Assembly (NCBI GenBank): GCA_965204745.1
Contig: OZ242010.1
Location: 2,880,001-2,944,000 of the forward strand
From: Candidatus Latescibacterota bacterium
GTDB lineage: Bacteria > Latescibacterota > UBA2968
Direction: 5' to 3'
DNA: 64,000 nucleotides
This document shows, piece by piece, positions 9,261 through 18,498 of this stretch; the first letter of the stretch is position 1; every line of letters begins with the position of its first letter. A program made the translations under genes and the position numbers. The notes under the pieces are model-generated. The model did not search any database. It saw only the letters and a program-made list of their open reading frames with translations, and was not told where the DNA came from.

Positions 9261-11219
9261 GTGTCTTTGGAAAACGCCCGCGCTGTCGTATTCGATTTCG
9301 ACGGCACGCTTTTTGACTTGGCGCCCGTAGTCAAAGCCGCTCGCAAGCGCGTCGCCACCTTGTTGTTTTCAAACGGGTTTTTCGCCTCTCGTTCCCACGC
9401 GCTCAACCGCATCGAGGTGCTCGAGCGCAAACACGGCCCGTATTATTCGTCCTCGCCCTATTATTTTGCGTTTTTCGACATTGCCAAAGCGATCTTCAAG
9501 GACAAACCCGACCAGGTGCGCGGCTTTCTGGACGAGCGAAATACGGACCCGGACGCCGATCCCGTGGAAGCACTCGTGGGCGAAATGGAGCGCGTGTACA
9601 ACGCCGAAGAAGTCGAGGACATTCGCCCCTATCCGGATGTTTTGCACACCCTGCGGGAATTGCGGATCGCGGGCTACAAACTGTTCTTGGTCACGCTGGG
9701 CAGGTCGCGGCGGCAGCGCAACAAAATTGATCGCCTGGGCATTGCCCCATATCTCGACCGCATCATCAACGAAGGCCCGCCCGCGCACGCGTACTGGTTT
9801 TCAGAACTCATGGAAAGCCACGCCTTGTCGCCGGATGAACTCGTCGTCGTCGGGGATAGGACGCACGACGAAATCCGTGCGGGCAATCGCCAAAACCTCA
9901 CCACCGTCTGGCTGCGGCGCGGCAGATTTTCTCGGGAAACGCCCGCATTGGGCGACCGCCCGGACTACGAAATCAAATACCTCGCCCAACTCTCGACCTT
10001 GCTCCACCTCGCCCGCTTGGGCAAAACCCCGGATCAACTCAAGGTCGCGGTGATCGGCGGCGGCACCGGATTGCCCACGGTGTTGCGCGGGTTGCGGCCC
10101 TATACCCATCATCCGACAGCGGTCGTCGCGGTGACCGACACGGGCGCGTCTTCCGGGCGCATCCGCTGGAATTTGGGCGTGCAACCCCCGGGCGATATCC
10201 GCAACGCCCTCACCGCGCTCGCGGATCCCGCGCAGGTCTCTCAAGGGTTGTTCCGGGTTTTTCAACATCGGTTTCCCAACAGCGAGCAGAAATCCGGCAT
10301 TTTTAAGAACGACCACATCGGCAATTTCCTGGTCGCCGCGCTCACGCAACAACTCGGGGATTTTCACGCGGCCATCCAAACCGCCAGCGATATGCTGCAC
10401 GTTCAGGGCACGATTTACCCGGCGAGTACGGACAACGTCGATATTTGCGCCCAACTGACAAATGGCGAGCACCGCTACACCGAATGGATGGTCAGAAAGC
10501 CCGGCAAGCCGCCCCTTGAGCGGGCCTATCTCGTGTCGAACACCGCGTTGTTGCGCGAACTCGACCGCGAGGGCAGCGCGCTCGAGCGCATGGTCGATCC
10601 GGAAACCGGGCAAGTTGAAATTCGCGCGTGCAAGGGACGAGATGTGGGGTTGGCACAAAACCGGATCAGCGCGCCACGCGGCGCCTTGCAGGCCATTGCA
10701 GACGCCGATGTCGTGGTCATTGGGCCGGGCAGTTTGTTCACCAGCGTGATCACCAACCTCCTCATTCCCGACATTCAGCAGGCCCTCATAGACCGCACGC
10801 GGGGCAAAACCATCTACGTGTGCAATATCGTCACCCAACCCGGGCAGACCGACCACTTCCGCGCATCGGATCACCTCGAGACGATCCTCTGCCACTTTCC
10901 CGGGGATCAGCGCGCGGGCATCATCGACCACATATTGGTGCAAGACCCGCGGGTTTTCCAAACGCCCAAGAGCCGGGCGTGGCATCCCCTGCTCGAGCAG
11001 TACAAAAGAGATGGCAAAATTCTCGTCGCCTGCGATTCGGAAACCCTCGACGCGATGGGCGCGTGGACGCGGGCGGATTTCGTCGAGGAATTTCAACCCG
11101 AAGCCACCGAGCGCGGTGTGGGCGATTTCATCAGCCACGACCCCGCCAAAGTCGCCGACGCGATCTGTCGCGTTTTCTGCGGCTTGAGCGTGCCGGATTA
11201 TTGGGGGATGGATCAGTAG
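9261..11219 (+). CDS. Fusion protein: N-terminal HAD-superfamily hydrolase + C-terminal YvcK/GlmR (CofD/UPF0052) domain
   Basis: FDFDGTL and VGDRTHDE HAD motifs; then IGGGTGLPTVLRGL, VTDTGASSGRIR, PPGDIRNAL, IGPGSLFTSVITNL, CNIVTQPGQT. Confidence 0.88.
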   Translation: MSLENARAVVFDFDGTLFDLAPVVKAARKRVATLLFSNGFFASRSHALNRIEVLERKHGPYYSSSPYYFAFFDIAKAIFKDKPDQVRGFLDERNTDPDADPVEALVGEMERVYNAEEVEDIRPYPDVLHTLRELRIAGYKLFLVTLGRSRRQRNKIDRLGIAPYLDRIINEGPPAHAYWFSELMESHALSPDELVVVGDRTHDEIRAGNRQNLTTVWLRRGRFSRETPALGDRPDYEIKYLAQLSTLLHLARLGKTPDQLKVAVIGGGTGLPTVLRGLRPYTHHPTAVVAVTDTGASSGRIRWNLGVQPPGDIRNALTALADPAQVSQGLFRVFQHRFPNSEQKSGIFKNDHIGNFLVAALTQQLGDFHAAIQTASDMLHVQGTIYPASTDNVDICAQLTNGEHRYTEWMVRKPGKPPLERAYLVSNTALLRELDREGSALERMVDPETGQVEIRACKGRDVGLAQNRISAPRGALQAIADADVVVIGPGSLFTSVITNLLIPDIQQALIDRTRGKTIYVCNIVTQPGQTDHFRASDHLETILCHFPGDQRAGIIDHILVQDPRVFQTPKSRAWHPLLEQYKRDGKILVACDSETLDAMGAWTRADFVEEFQPEATERGVGDFISHDPAKVADAICRVFCGLSVPDYWGMDQ

Positions 11220-11245
11220 TCAGTAGTCAGTAGTCAGTAGTCAGT
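11213..11245 (+). repeat. Heptamer microsatellite (TCAGTAG)n overlapping the stop codon
   Basis: ~4.7 copies. Confidence 0.9.
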
Positions 11246-11315
11246 CCGCCCCGCCCCAAGCGGTCAGCAGTCAGCGGGGCTGAATCCCAAAAGCGAAATC
11301 ACAGGCGGATTTCAA

Positions 11316-12002
11316 ATGACCGAAAAAATTAAAGGCATCATCTTCGATCTCGACGATACCTTGTTCGACTGCATGGGGCAACTCAACCAAACGGCCAGGC
11401 GCAGGGCCGCGCGCATCCTCGCTTCGGCATGCCCTGGCCTCTCCGTTGAAACCGCTTGCCGGCAACAGGAATCGCTCGCCCAAATCCAGGGATCATCAGA
11501 GGCGATTTGCGCGCTCGGTGGGCAATACGATATTTCGCCTCGCATCGTCAAACGGGCACTCGATGCGTACAATTCCCGCATAGTAGAAGCCATCGCGCCA
11601 TTCCCCGACGCGCTCGACACCCTGGCGACATTGGTTCAGCGCGGTTATGCACTCGCCTTGGTCACGGCCGGCCTTCCCGAACGCCAGCGCGAAAAAGTTC
11701 ACCTGCTCGGCTTGGGCGATTATTTCAGCGAGACCGACAACACGCTCATCTTATGCGACACCCGCAAAACCGACAAAGGGCCATGCCTCGCGCAGGCCGC
11801 CAAAACCCTCGCACTGCCCCACGGCCAAATCCTCTGCGTGGGCGACAAACTCACCGAAGAAATCGCCGCCGCCAACACTTTGGGGATGACCACTGTTCGC
11901 ATGCGCCACGGGGTGCAAAAACACAGAACACCCCAAACGCCAATAGAACAACCCGATTGCGAAATAGACCGCATCTCCCAAGTGCTGTCACTCCTGCCAT
12001 AA
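11316..12002 (+). CDS. HAD-superfamily hydrolase (YjjG/subfamily IA-like)
   Basis: IFDLDDTL, LVTAG..ERQREK, VGDKLTEEI. Confidence 0.88.
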   Translation: MTEKIKGIIFDLDDTLFDCMGQLNQTARRRAARILASACPGLSVETACRQQESLAQIQGSSEAICALGGQYDISPRIVKRALDAYNSRIVEAIAPFPDALDTLATLVQRGYALALVTAGLPERQREKVHLLGLGDYFSETDNTLILCDTRKTDKGPCLAQAAKTLALPHGQILCVGDKLTEEIAAANTLGMTTVRMRHGVQKHRTPQTPIEQPDCEIDRISQVLSLLP

Positions 12003-12142
12003 CAAAAACGAGCAACCCGACGGGCAAGCGCGGGGCATTGTCCAAAAAGGTGAGAGGTGAGAGGCAAGACGCGAGAAGGCCACCCCGCTCCCCTCTTGTA
12101 TCTTTGGGCGAACACGGGGACATCCTACATTTGTTTGGATCT

Positions 12143-12510
12143 CCTTTGAACTGGCTGTTGCCAGTTGTACCCCGCTCGCCTTTTGTGTTTTTGTGCCTTT
12201 TGTGGCTCCCATCTCGCCTTTGAACTGGCTATCGCCAGTTGTACCCTGCTCGCCTTTGAACTGGCTATCGCCAGTTGTACCCTGCTCGCCTTTGAACTGG
12301 CTATCGCCAGTTGTACCCCGCTCGTGTTTTTGTATTTTTGAACTGGCTGTTGCCAGTTGTACCCCGCTCGCCTTTGAACTGGCTGTTGCCAGTTGTACCC
12401 CGCTCGCCTTTTGTGTTTTTGTGCCTTTTGTGGCTCCCATCTCGCCTTTGAACTGGTTGTTGCCAGTTGTACCCCGCTTGTGTTTTTGTGCTTTTTGTGG
12501 CTCCCATTGT
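12143..12510. repeat. Array of seven 36-bp palindromic units (CCTTTGAACTGGCT.T.GCCAGTTGTACCCCGCTCG) interspersed with TTTTGTG(C/T)-type nonamers; same unit at ~30248-30284, ~45025-45060, ~51642-51716
   Basis: Internal AACTGGC/GCCAGTT stem; direct comparison of copies. Confidence 0.9.
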
Positions 12511-12513
12511 GGC

Positions 12514-13314
12514 TCATCGCCTCTCGCGCCTTCCCTGAACTCGAATCTCATCCCCGCGTTTGATGCCGAGCACGCGGCTTGCACTGCCTCCGCGAATCGC
12601 GATTTCCAACGTGTCCAAGCTGCCGTAAAGCGCGAGGGCGCGCCCCTCTGCGACATTGGCATACGTTTGGTCTATCCGATCAAAACCGGTCTTGCCCACG
12701 GCGATCTCGAAATTCCCATCGGGAAATTTTTCGTCGATACGCGCCCGGGAGATCATCGAGATGGCATTGCCAAAATGATCCACACTGACCACCCGCCCAA
12801 TGAGTGCGTCCGGCTCTTCTTCAACGCGCCACAAATCGCATGTGACCGGATCGTCAATTTCCGGTCCCACCTCGCCACAGGGCACGCCCGTGAGCAAACG
12901 CGCCCCCACCAGCGCGAACACATCGCGGCCGTGAAATGTCGAACTGACCTGCGGACGCATCAACGCCGCATTTTCAATCGCCACAATCCTGCGGACAGAT
13001 TCTTGCGCGTAAACCCATGAAAACAGGCCATTGTCCGGCCCCACATACACAAAGTGCTCGGTTTCAACGACAATGCCCCTGCGGTCGCTGCCCACGCCTG
13101 GGTCAATCACGCCGATGTGTACCGTGCCCGCGGGAAAAAATCCGCATGCACAGCGCATGGCAAACGCACCCGCGACAATGTCCTGCGCCGGCACTCGATG
13201 CGTAATATCCACGATTTGAGCATCGGGCAAACAGGTGAGCACCACGCCCTTCATCGCGGCGACATACCCATCGGAAAGGCCGAAATCCGTTGTCAGGGTT
13301 AGAATTTGGGGCAT
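12514..13314 (-). CDS. DUF62 SAM hydroxide adenosyltransferase (SAM-dependent chlorinase/fluorinase superfamily)
   Basis: TTDFG..DGYVAAMKG, VIDPGVGSDRR, GPDNG, STFHGRDVF, DHFGN. Confidence 0.9.
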   Translation of the reverse strand: MPQILTLTTDFGLSDGYVAAMKGVVLTCLPDAQIVDITHRVPAQDIVAGAFAMRCACGFFPAGTVHIGVIDPGVGSDRRGIVVETEHFVYVGPDNGLFSWVYAQESVRRIVAIENAALMRPQVSSTFHGRDVFALVGARLLTGVPCGEVGPEIDDPVTCDLWRVEEEPDALIGRVVSVDHFGNAISMISRARIDEKFPDGNFEIAVGKTGFDRIDQTYANVAEGRALALYGSLDTLEIAIRGGSASRVLGIKRGDEIRVQGRRERR

Positions 13315-13404
13315 GATGAGTTCTCGGTGATCGGGAAAACAAGCGGTCAGTCGTCAGTCGTCAGTCTCAATCCCAAGCGGTTAGCGAGGGTTGATCGTTG
13401 CCTT

Positions 13405-14649
13405 TCACCTTTGGCAAACCACGATGTTTTCCTCGTTCATCGTCACCGCGGTTTTGCCCACAATGTTGGATGGGCTGTTCTTTTTGGGCATGCGTTTGTT
13501 CGGGATATTCCGAACAATGGTTTCCCGATGCGAAAATCCGTGCTGGCCGAACGCGAAAATGACAAACTCGTCTGTGGGAAGGGTCGCGTTTTTCACCCTG
13601 CGATTGCCGACCACGTAGCAAATCGTCGCCCGCTTTGAAAGCACGGCGGCCACAGTATTGATGCTACGCTCGAGATCGACGTAAAACGCCTCGACCTGGC
13701 GTGCCCGTTTTTCATCCGCAGAACGGATTTCTGCGATGGCACGGGCAACCGGGGAATCGCACAATTTTCTCGTGGTATTGCTTCCGCCCATGGAAATGCG
13801 GTCAACTTTTCGCGCATTGTCCAAGCCGATCCATTCGCCTGACAAACGCGAAAATTGCCCGTACGCAACGGTGGTTTGCGAGTCCCCATAAGGCGGAGAC
13901 GTGAGAACCAAATCGAATCCGTCCAGCGGTTGCTTTTCGGGCCATTCGCCATTCGCGGTATTTCTGCTCGACACCAATACCTCGACATCCTTGCGCTGAT
14001 GCAGATACGCCTCCAAACCCCGTCGATTCCTGCACAATTTCTCTTGAAACGCGCCAAAAACATCTATCTCGAAATTTTCCAGCTTCTCAAGCGGGATGCG
14101 GTACAACTTAAACTCGCCCTTTCGCGTATAAGAACATTCCCGAACCGTCTCTGAAAACGCGACCCAAAAGAAATTGCGAATCGCCGCGTCGTCTATGGCT
14201 TTGATGTGATGCCGCAGAAACGCGAGGCATTGCGTAACGCCTTGGGAAAACCAATAATCCAGATTCAGAACATCGGGAACGGGCGCGTCCGGCACGCGCT
14301 TGGAGAACCCAATGCGGAAGATGGCGTCGTCCAACTCCTTCAAGTGGGAATCGAGCGTTTGCAGGGAAATCGGGGTCGCCTTGGCCGCTGCGATCAAGCG
14401 CACGAGGGGGTTGATATCACACCCCAGGCCGTTCATCCCAAAGATGGACGCCTCGACCAAAGATGTACCCGTGCCGCAATACGGGTCGAACAACCACCCG
14501 CCTTCAACGCCATACCGAGTCAATAACTTTCTCGCAATCTGCGGAATCATCATCGCGGGATAGGCGTGGAAACAATGCGTGTATTCCTTGGTATCCGTCT
14601 TTCTAAAATCCCATGTCTCATCCTTGTATTTGCGGTTCACGGAGGTCAT
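13405..14649 (-). CDS. Orphan N4-cytosine DNA methyltransferase (alpha-class motif order)
   Basis: THCFHAYPAMMIPQIA, FDPYCGTGT (motif I) preceding LTSPPYGD (motif IV); the ORF-track N-terminal 50 aa largely derive from repeat DNA. Confidence 0.85.
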   Translation of the reverse strand: MTSVNRKYKDETWDFRKTDTKEYTHCFHAYPAMMIPQIARKLLTRYGVEGGWLFDPYCGTGTSLVEASIFGMNGLGCDINPLVRLIAAAKATPISLQTLDSHLKELDDAIFRIGFSKRVPDAPVPDVLNLDYWFSQGVTQCLAFLRHHIKAIDDAAIRNFFWVAFSETVRECSYTRKGEFKLYRIPLEKLENFEIDVFGAFQEKLCRNRRGLEAYLHQRKDVEVLVSSRNTANGEWPEKQPLDGFDLVLTSPPYGDSQTTVAYGQFSRLSGEWIGLDNARKVDRISMGGSNTTRKLCDSPVARAIAEIRSADEKRARQVEAFYVDLERSINTVAAVLSKRATICYVVGNRRVKNATLPTDEFVIFAFGQHGFSHRETIVRNIPNKRMPKKNSPSNIVGKTAVTMNEENIVVCQR

Positions 14650-14795
14650 AGTATCTTTCGCCTCCTTCCAAAGCAAAAATTTAAGAATCTTGTATCTTCG
14701 GGCAAAAAAAGGTGAGAGGTGAGAGGCAAGACGGGAGAAGGCCAACCCAACCCTCTTGCCTCTTACGCCTTTCATCTTGCCTCTGTTGCTTTTTT

Positions 14796-15488
14796 TCAAA
14801 ACACATTCGCTTCTTTCATACTCAAAAACCGCTCGGATCCGACTATCAGATGATCCAACACCTCGATCCCCATGATCTCGCCGGCTTGCACCATGCGGCG
14901 CGTGAGTTCGATGTCTTCGCGGCTCGGGGTCACGTCGCCGCTGGGGTGGTTGTGTGCCAAAATCACGCTGGCAGCGGATGAGCCAACGGCTGGGGCGAAC
15001 ACTTCGCGGGGATGTACGAGGGAGGCGTTGAGCGACCCGATAGACACGTCTTCGCGGCAGATCACCTGATTGCGCGCATTGAGAAACAGGGCTACAAAAT
15101 GTTCCTTGCGCCGATCCTTGATGTCCGTGAGATGCCCCACCACATCGGCTGGGCTGGTGATCGAAGGCGCGATCCCCATGCCCTGATTGAGGCCGCGTTT
15201 TGCCAATTCAAATCCCGCAATCAATCCCGACGCTTTTGCCCGACCAATGCCTTTGATGGTCGTCAGGGCTTCCAGATCCATGTCCACCAGCGCGTCGACC
15301 GAATAATGCCTGCATATCTCGCGGGAGACTTCCAGCACATTGCGGCCCTCGTACCCGGTTCGCAGCAAAATAGCCAGCAGTTCTTCATCGCGCAATGCCT
15401 CCGGCCCCAACCGCTCGAGTTTTTCCCTGGGCATATCCACATCGGCCACGCCCACAATCCCCCCTCTGTGCTTGACAAAGCCATTCAT
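14796..15488 (-). CDS. radC: RadC family JAB-domain protein
   Basis: PREKL..LGPEAL.DEELLAILL.TG, HhH IKGIG.AKA, VHPREVF, AHNHPSGD..PS.ED, LDHLIV. Confidence 0.93.
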   Translation of the reverse strand: MNGFVKHRGGIVGVADVDMPREKLERLGPEALRDEELLAILLRTGYEGRNVLEVSREICRHYSVDALVDMDLEALTTIKGIGRAKASGLIAGFELAKRGLNQGMGIAPSITSPADVVGHLTDIKDRRKEHFVALFLNARNQVICREDVSIGSLNASLVHPREVFAPAVGSSAASVILAHNHPSGDVTPSREDIELTRRMVQAGEIMGIEVLDHLIVGSERFLSMKEANVF

Positions 15489-15884
15489 TTCGTTCTCCTC
15501 AATCTCGGTGTTCCAATGGTGATGGGTTGCCGGATCTTCCAAGCCCTTGGCAGGCGGTTCACGCGGTTGTTTTGAACATCAGGCAAAATCAGTGCCGTTG
15601 GTCAGAAATTTTACAATCCATTTATTTATAGCGAGTTATGCGTGAAAACGCAGCGCGTCAACACGCCACAATGTTCAACTCGCTTCTCACGAGGTGAACG
15701 CGCTGTTCACCCCACAAAAACAAAAACAGCGAGTATCTCTCGACACGCACCGTCGTTGGGGTAAAGTCAATGCGGTTATCCGTGAAGCATCTACTTGAGG
15801 AGATTGTCTGCCCGATCAGATCGGAATGGGTTGGCGCAGCGCGTTGTCGATTTGAAAGCGCGATAAAATGTATCCCGCACGATT

Positions 15885-16602
15885 TCAGAGCCCGTGTGTC
15901 GCGATCTCGTACATTTCATCTGTGCAGGCCGCGAGTGTTCGCACGAGGGCGGGATAGGGCGCGCCATAACCATCGATCAAGCCAGAATGTTGTCGGTCTT
16001 GTTTGTGCGCGACCAGGTTGGAGGCATCGATCAGGCCGCAATAGTGCCAGCCGACAAATTCCGGACGCGCAAAGGCCCGCCGAAAAAATTCATCGGTCCA
16101 TTCTGCCCGCTGTTCGAGGCTATCGGCCACCGGGCCGTAGGGCCGCGGCATGGTGTCGGTGATCATCGTGAACATTGCCGTCGGATATCTCTCCTTTCCA
16201 ATGTGGGATATCGACAAAAGGAATCGGCAACATATAGGGCATAGATGGCCGTGGGGTATTGACGATAGACAACTCGGTGTGAACGCCGACCGTATTGAAG
16301 CCGTACTGCCGACACGTCTGGAGAAACCATTTCTGGAGGGCAGGCGCGAAGTTGTGGCTGTTCAGATCATCCAAGCCCAAGCGTTTCTTCCATGCCTCGC
16401 GATTGTAGTCCTGCTTCCACAGATTGGGGTGCAGATGGTTGATCCCAAAACTCAAAAACGCATTTCCCTCGGGCGTTACGAGCCACCATCTTTCGTCCTT
16501 CTCGACGCGAAAGAAGCCCGTCGCCTCGAACCTTTTGCCCGTCCAGCCGCCGAATCGATCAAAACCGCCTGCATCTCGGCGCGATTCACGTCTTTTCATT
16601 TT
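15885..16602 (-). pseudogene. Internally deleted and frameshifted agarase-like (GH50-related) glycoside hydrolase remnant
   Basis: N-part DRFGGW...[23 protein letters not shown] joins near 16170 out of frame to C-part ..PEFVGWHYCG..D...GLID..G.PY; the central catalytic region appears absent. Confidence 0.65.
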
Positions 16603-16673
16603 TCTATCTCCATGAGACTCAAATGGAAACAACCGAGTTCAATGCCTGACCGAATCAAAAATTTGTCGCTTGA

Positions 16674-18116
16674 TTAGCGAAAAACGCTTCGACCCTCTCG
16701 CTGATACTTTTCGAGCAATGCTTTGAGTTCCGCGACCACCTCGGGGTATTCCGCATAACAATTGAACCGTTCGATCCTGTCGCGTTGGAGATCGTAGAGC
16801 TCGCCCGGCTGATCGTGGGGTTCGTACCCGCGTTCTTCCTTCAACCACTGGGGCTCGGCATTGTCATCGCCACTCGGCGCGTCGATCAACACCCAGCGGC
16901 CTTTCCGAATGGCGAACTTGCCCCGCATGCTGTGGTGGACAGTCGCCTCTCGGATGGGCGCAGCGGGTTCGTTCAACAGCGCGGGCAGGAGGTCGTAACT
17001 GTCTTCGGCCACATCTGCGGGCAAAGGCGCGCCTGCGATAGCCCCTGCTGTCGCTGTAAAATCGGACAGACAAATCACCTCGTCGCAGACCCTGCCGGGC
17101 GCAACTCGCTCGGGCCATCTGGCGATGAACGGCACCCGATGCCCGCCCTCCCACGCATCGCGCTTTAACCCGCGCAGGCCATCCATGCTGTAGTGATCGC
17201 ATTCGCGGATGCGTCTGTACGCAAAATTTTCCGGGCCATTATCGCTGGTAAAAATAAGCAACGTATTTTCGGCGATCCCCTTGCGGTCGAGCGCGGCCAT
17301 CACTTCGCCCACGGTCCAATCGACTTCGCACACGAAATCCCCGTACTCACCTGCGCGGCTCATGCCCTTAAACTCGTCTGTTGGGACGATTGGCGTGTGC
17401 GGCGCGGTCAGCGGAAAGTACAGGAAAAACGGTTGCTCGTCCGCCGCTTCGATATAGTGAACCGCGCGCTGGGTCAACGTCGGCATCACCGCTTCGAGCG
17501 ACCACTTAGACGCCATCGCGCCGGGAAGCCCGAACATGCGCTCGGGCTTTTCTTCGGTGGGCACTTCCAACAGCCGATCATTTTCAAACCACGTATAGGG
17601 CGGAAAATTGGGCACGTCGTCCCCAAAATAATAATCAAACCCGCAGTCAATAGGCCCGCCCGTGACTGGCTTTTCGTAGTCGATATGCTCGCCCAGCGCA
17701 TACCGCTGATCCCTGTCTAGCACCCCGTACTCAGCGCCCTCGTTGGGCAGACGCCCGTCCTTTGTCTGCCAGTGCCAACCCAAGTGCCATTTTCCAATAC
17801 AAGCCGTGCGATACCCCTGGGCGCGCAACAAAGCCGCCACTGTTGTGCGCCCCGGTTCGATCAAGGGCGGGTCCCATGGCCACAACACCCCGCCTTTTAA
17901 GCGGGTTCGCCAAGCGTATCGGCCAGTGAGAATGGCATAGCGAGACGGGGAGCAAACGCTGGATGGCGCGTGGGCATCCGTAAAACACACGCCTTGCGCC
18001 GCCAGCCGATCCAGATTGGGCGTTGGAATTTTGGACGCTGGATTCTGACACGCCAGATCGCCATAGCCCATGTCATCGGCCAAGATGAAAATGATATTCG
18101 GCTCGTTCTGTGCCAT
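16674..18116 (-). CDS. Arylsulfatase (Cys-type formylglycine sulfatase)
   Basis: PNIIFILADDMGYGD, CSPSR..LTGR, GKWHLG, FTSDNG, WEGGHRVP. Confidence 0.94.
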   Translation of the reverse strand: MAQNEPNIIFILADDMGYGDLACQNPASKIPTPNLDRLAAQGVCFTDAHAPSSVCSPSRYAILTGRYAWRTRLKGGVLWPWDPPLIEPGRTTVAALLRAQGYRTACIGKWHLGWHWQTKDGRLPNEGAEYGVLDRDQRYALGEHIDYEKPVTGGPIDCGFDYYFGDDVPNFPPYTWFENDRLLEVPTEEKPERMFGLPGAMASKWSLEAVMPTLTQRAVHYIEAADEQPFFLYFPLTAPHTPIVPTDEFKGMSRAGEYGDFVCEVDWTVGEVMAALDRKGIAENTLLIFTSDNGPENFAYRRIRECDHYSMDGLRGLKRDAWEGGHRVPFIARWPERVAPGRVCDEVICLSDFTATAGAIAGAPLPADVAEDSYDLLPALLNEPAAPIREATVHHSMRGKFAIRKGRWVLIDAPSGDDNAEPQWLKEERGYEPHDQPGELYDLQRDRIERFNCYAEYPEVVAELKALLEKYQREGRSVFR

Positions 18117-18125
18117 GCGAATTTC

Positions 18126-18365
18126 CTAGCTAAACGAGGGTTTTGGGTGGAGTTCAATCAATAGAATCGTGACAATCGTTGAAACCCATGCGAGAAACAT
18201 AAGGCCAATAAGCCAACGGAAAGACTTATGCATGTGGTCTTCCAGCCTGACAATGTGGGCTTTGATCTCCGTAAGGGCCTTTGTGTGTTCTTCTGCAATG
18301 GCTTCAAGCCTCGTCAGTCTTTCGTTGGTCGTGGCTTGTGACGGGTCGATGAGCGGGATAGGCAT
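18126..18365 (-). CDS. Small coiled-coil + C-terminal transmembrane protein (DUF1640/XhlA-like)
   Basis: AGAAAGGA RBS; ERLTRLE...EIKAHIVRLED heptads followed by FRWLIGLMFLAWVSTIVTILL. Confidence 0.65.
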   Translation of the reverse strand: MPIPLIDPSQATTNERLTRLEAIAEEHTKALTEIKAHIVRLEDHMHKSFRWLIGLMFLAWVSTIVTILLIELHPKPSFS

Positions 18366-18498
18366 GGGGTTCCTTTCTTTTTTTGTACTTCAAGCCGGCG
18401 TGCTCGGTCAGTGTGAATCACACCGCTGATCGTCTTTGGCATAGAGACTTGCGGGCCGGTGTTGCAGGATGCGCCACCGTTGACCGTGCCCCAACTTC

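Noticed and set aside
12143-12510. CRISPR array (36-bp palindromic repeats)
   Set aside because: No unique spacers: units abut or are separated by re-used low-complexity tracts. The unit is dispersed singly elsewhere and there are no cas genes in the window.
11988-12662. Repetitive ORFs (also 51556-51950, 52528-53297, 26555-27239, 19623-20499, 7038-7518)
   Set aside because: Translations of non-coding repeat modules; open in several frames with no RBS or family motifs.
12514-13314. Fluorinase/chlorinase
   Set aside because: Retains the DUF62 Asp-Arg-His residues (DPGVG..R, TFHGRD) typical of SAM hydroxide adenosyltransferases rather than halogenases.
14650-14799. N-terminal extensions of the MTase (and of bamA, tsaD, nhaC) given in the ORF track
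   Set aside because: They run through repeat, terminator or promoter DNA; downstream starts match family N-termini and in most cases have better RBS.
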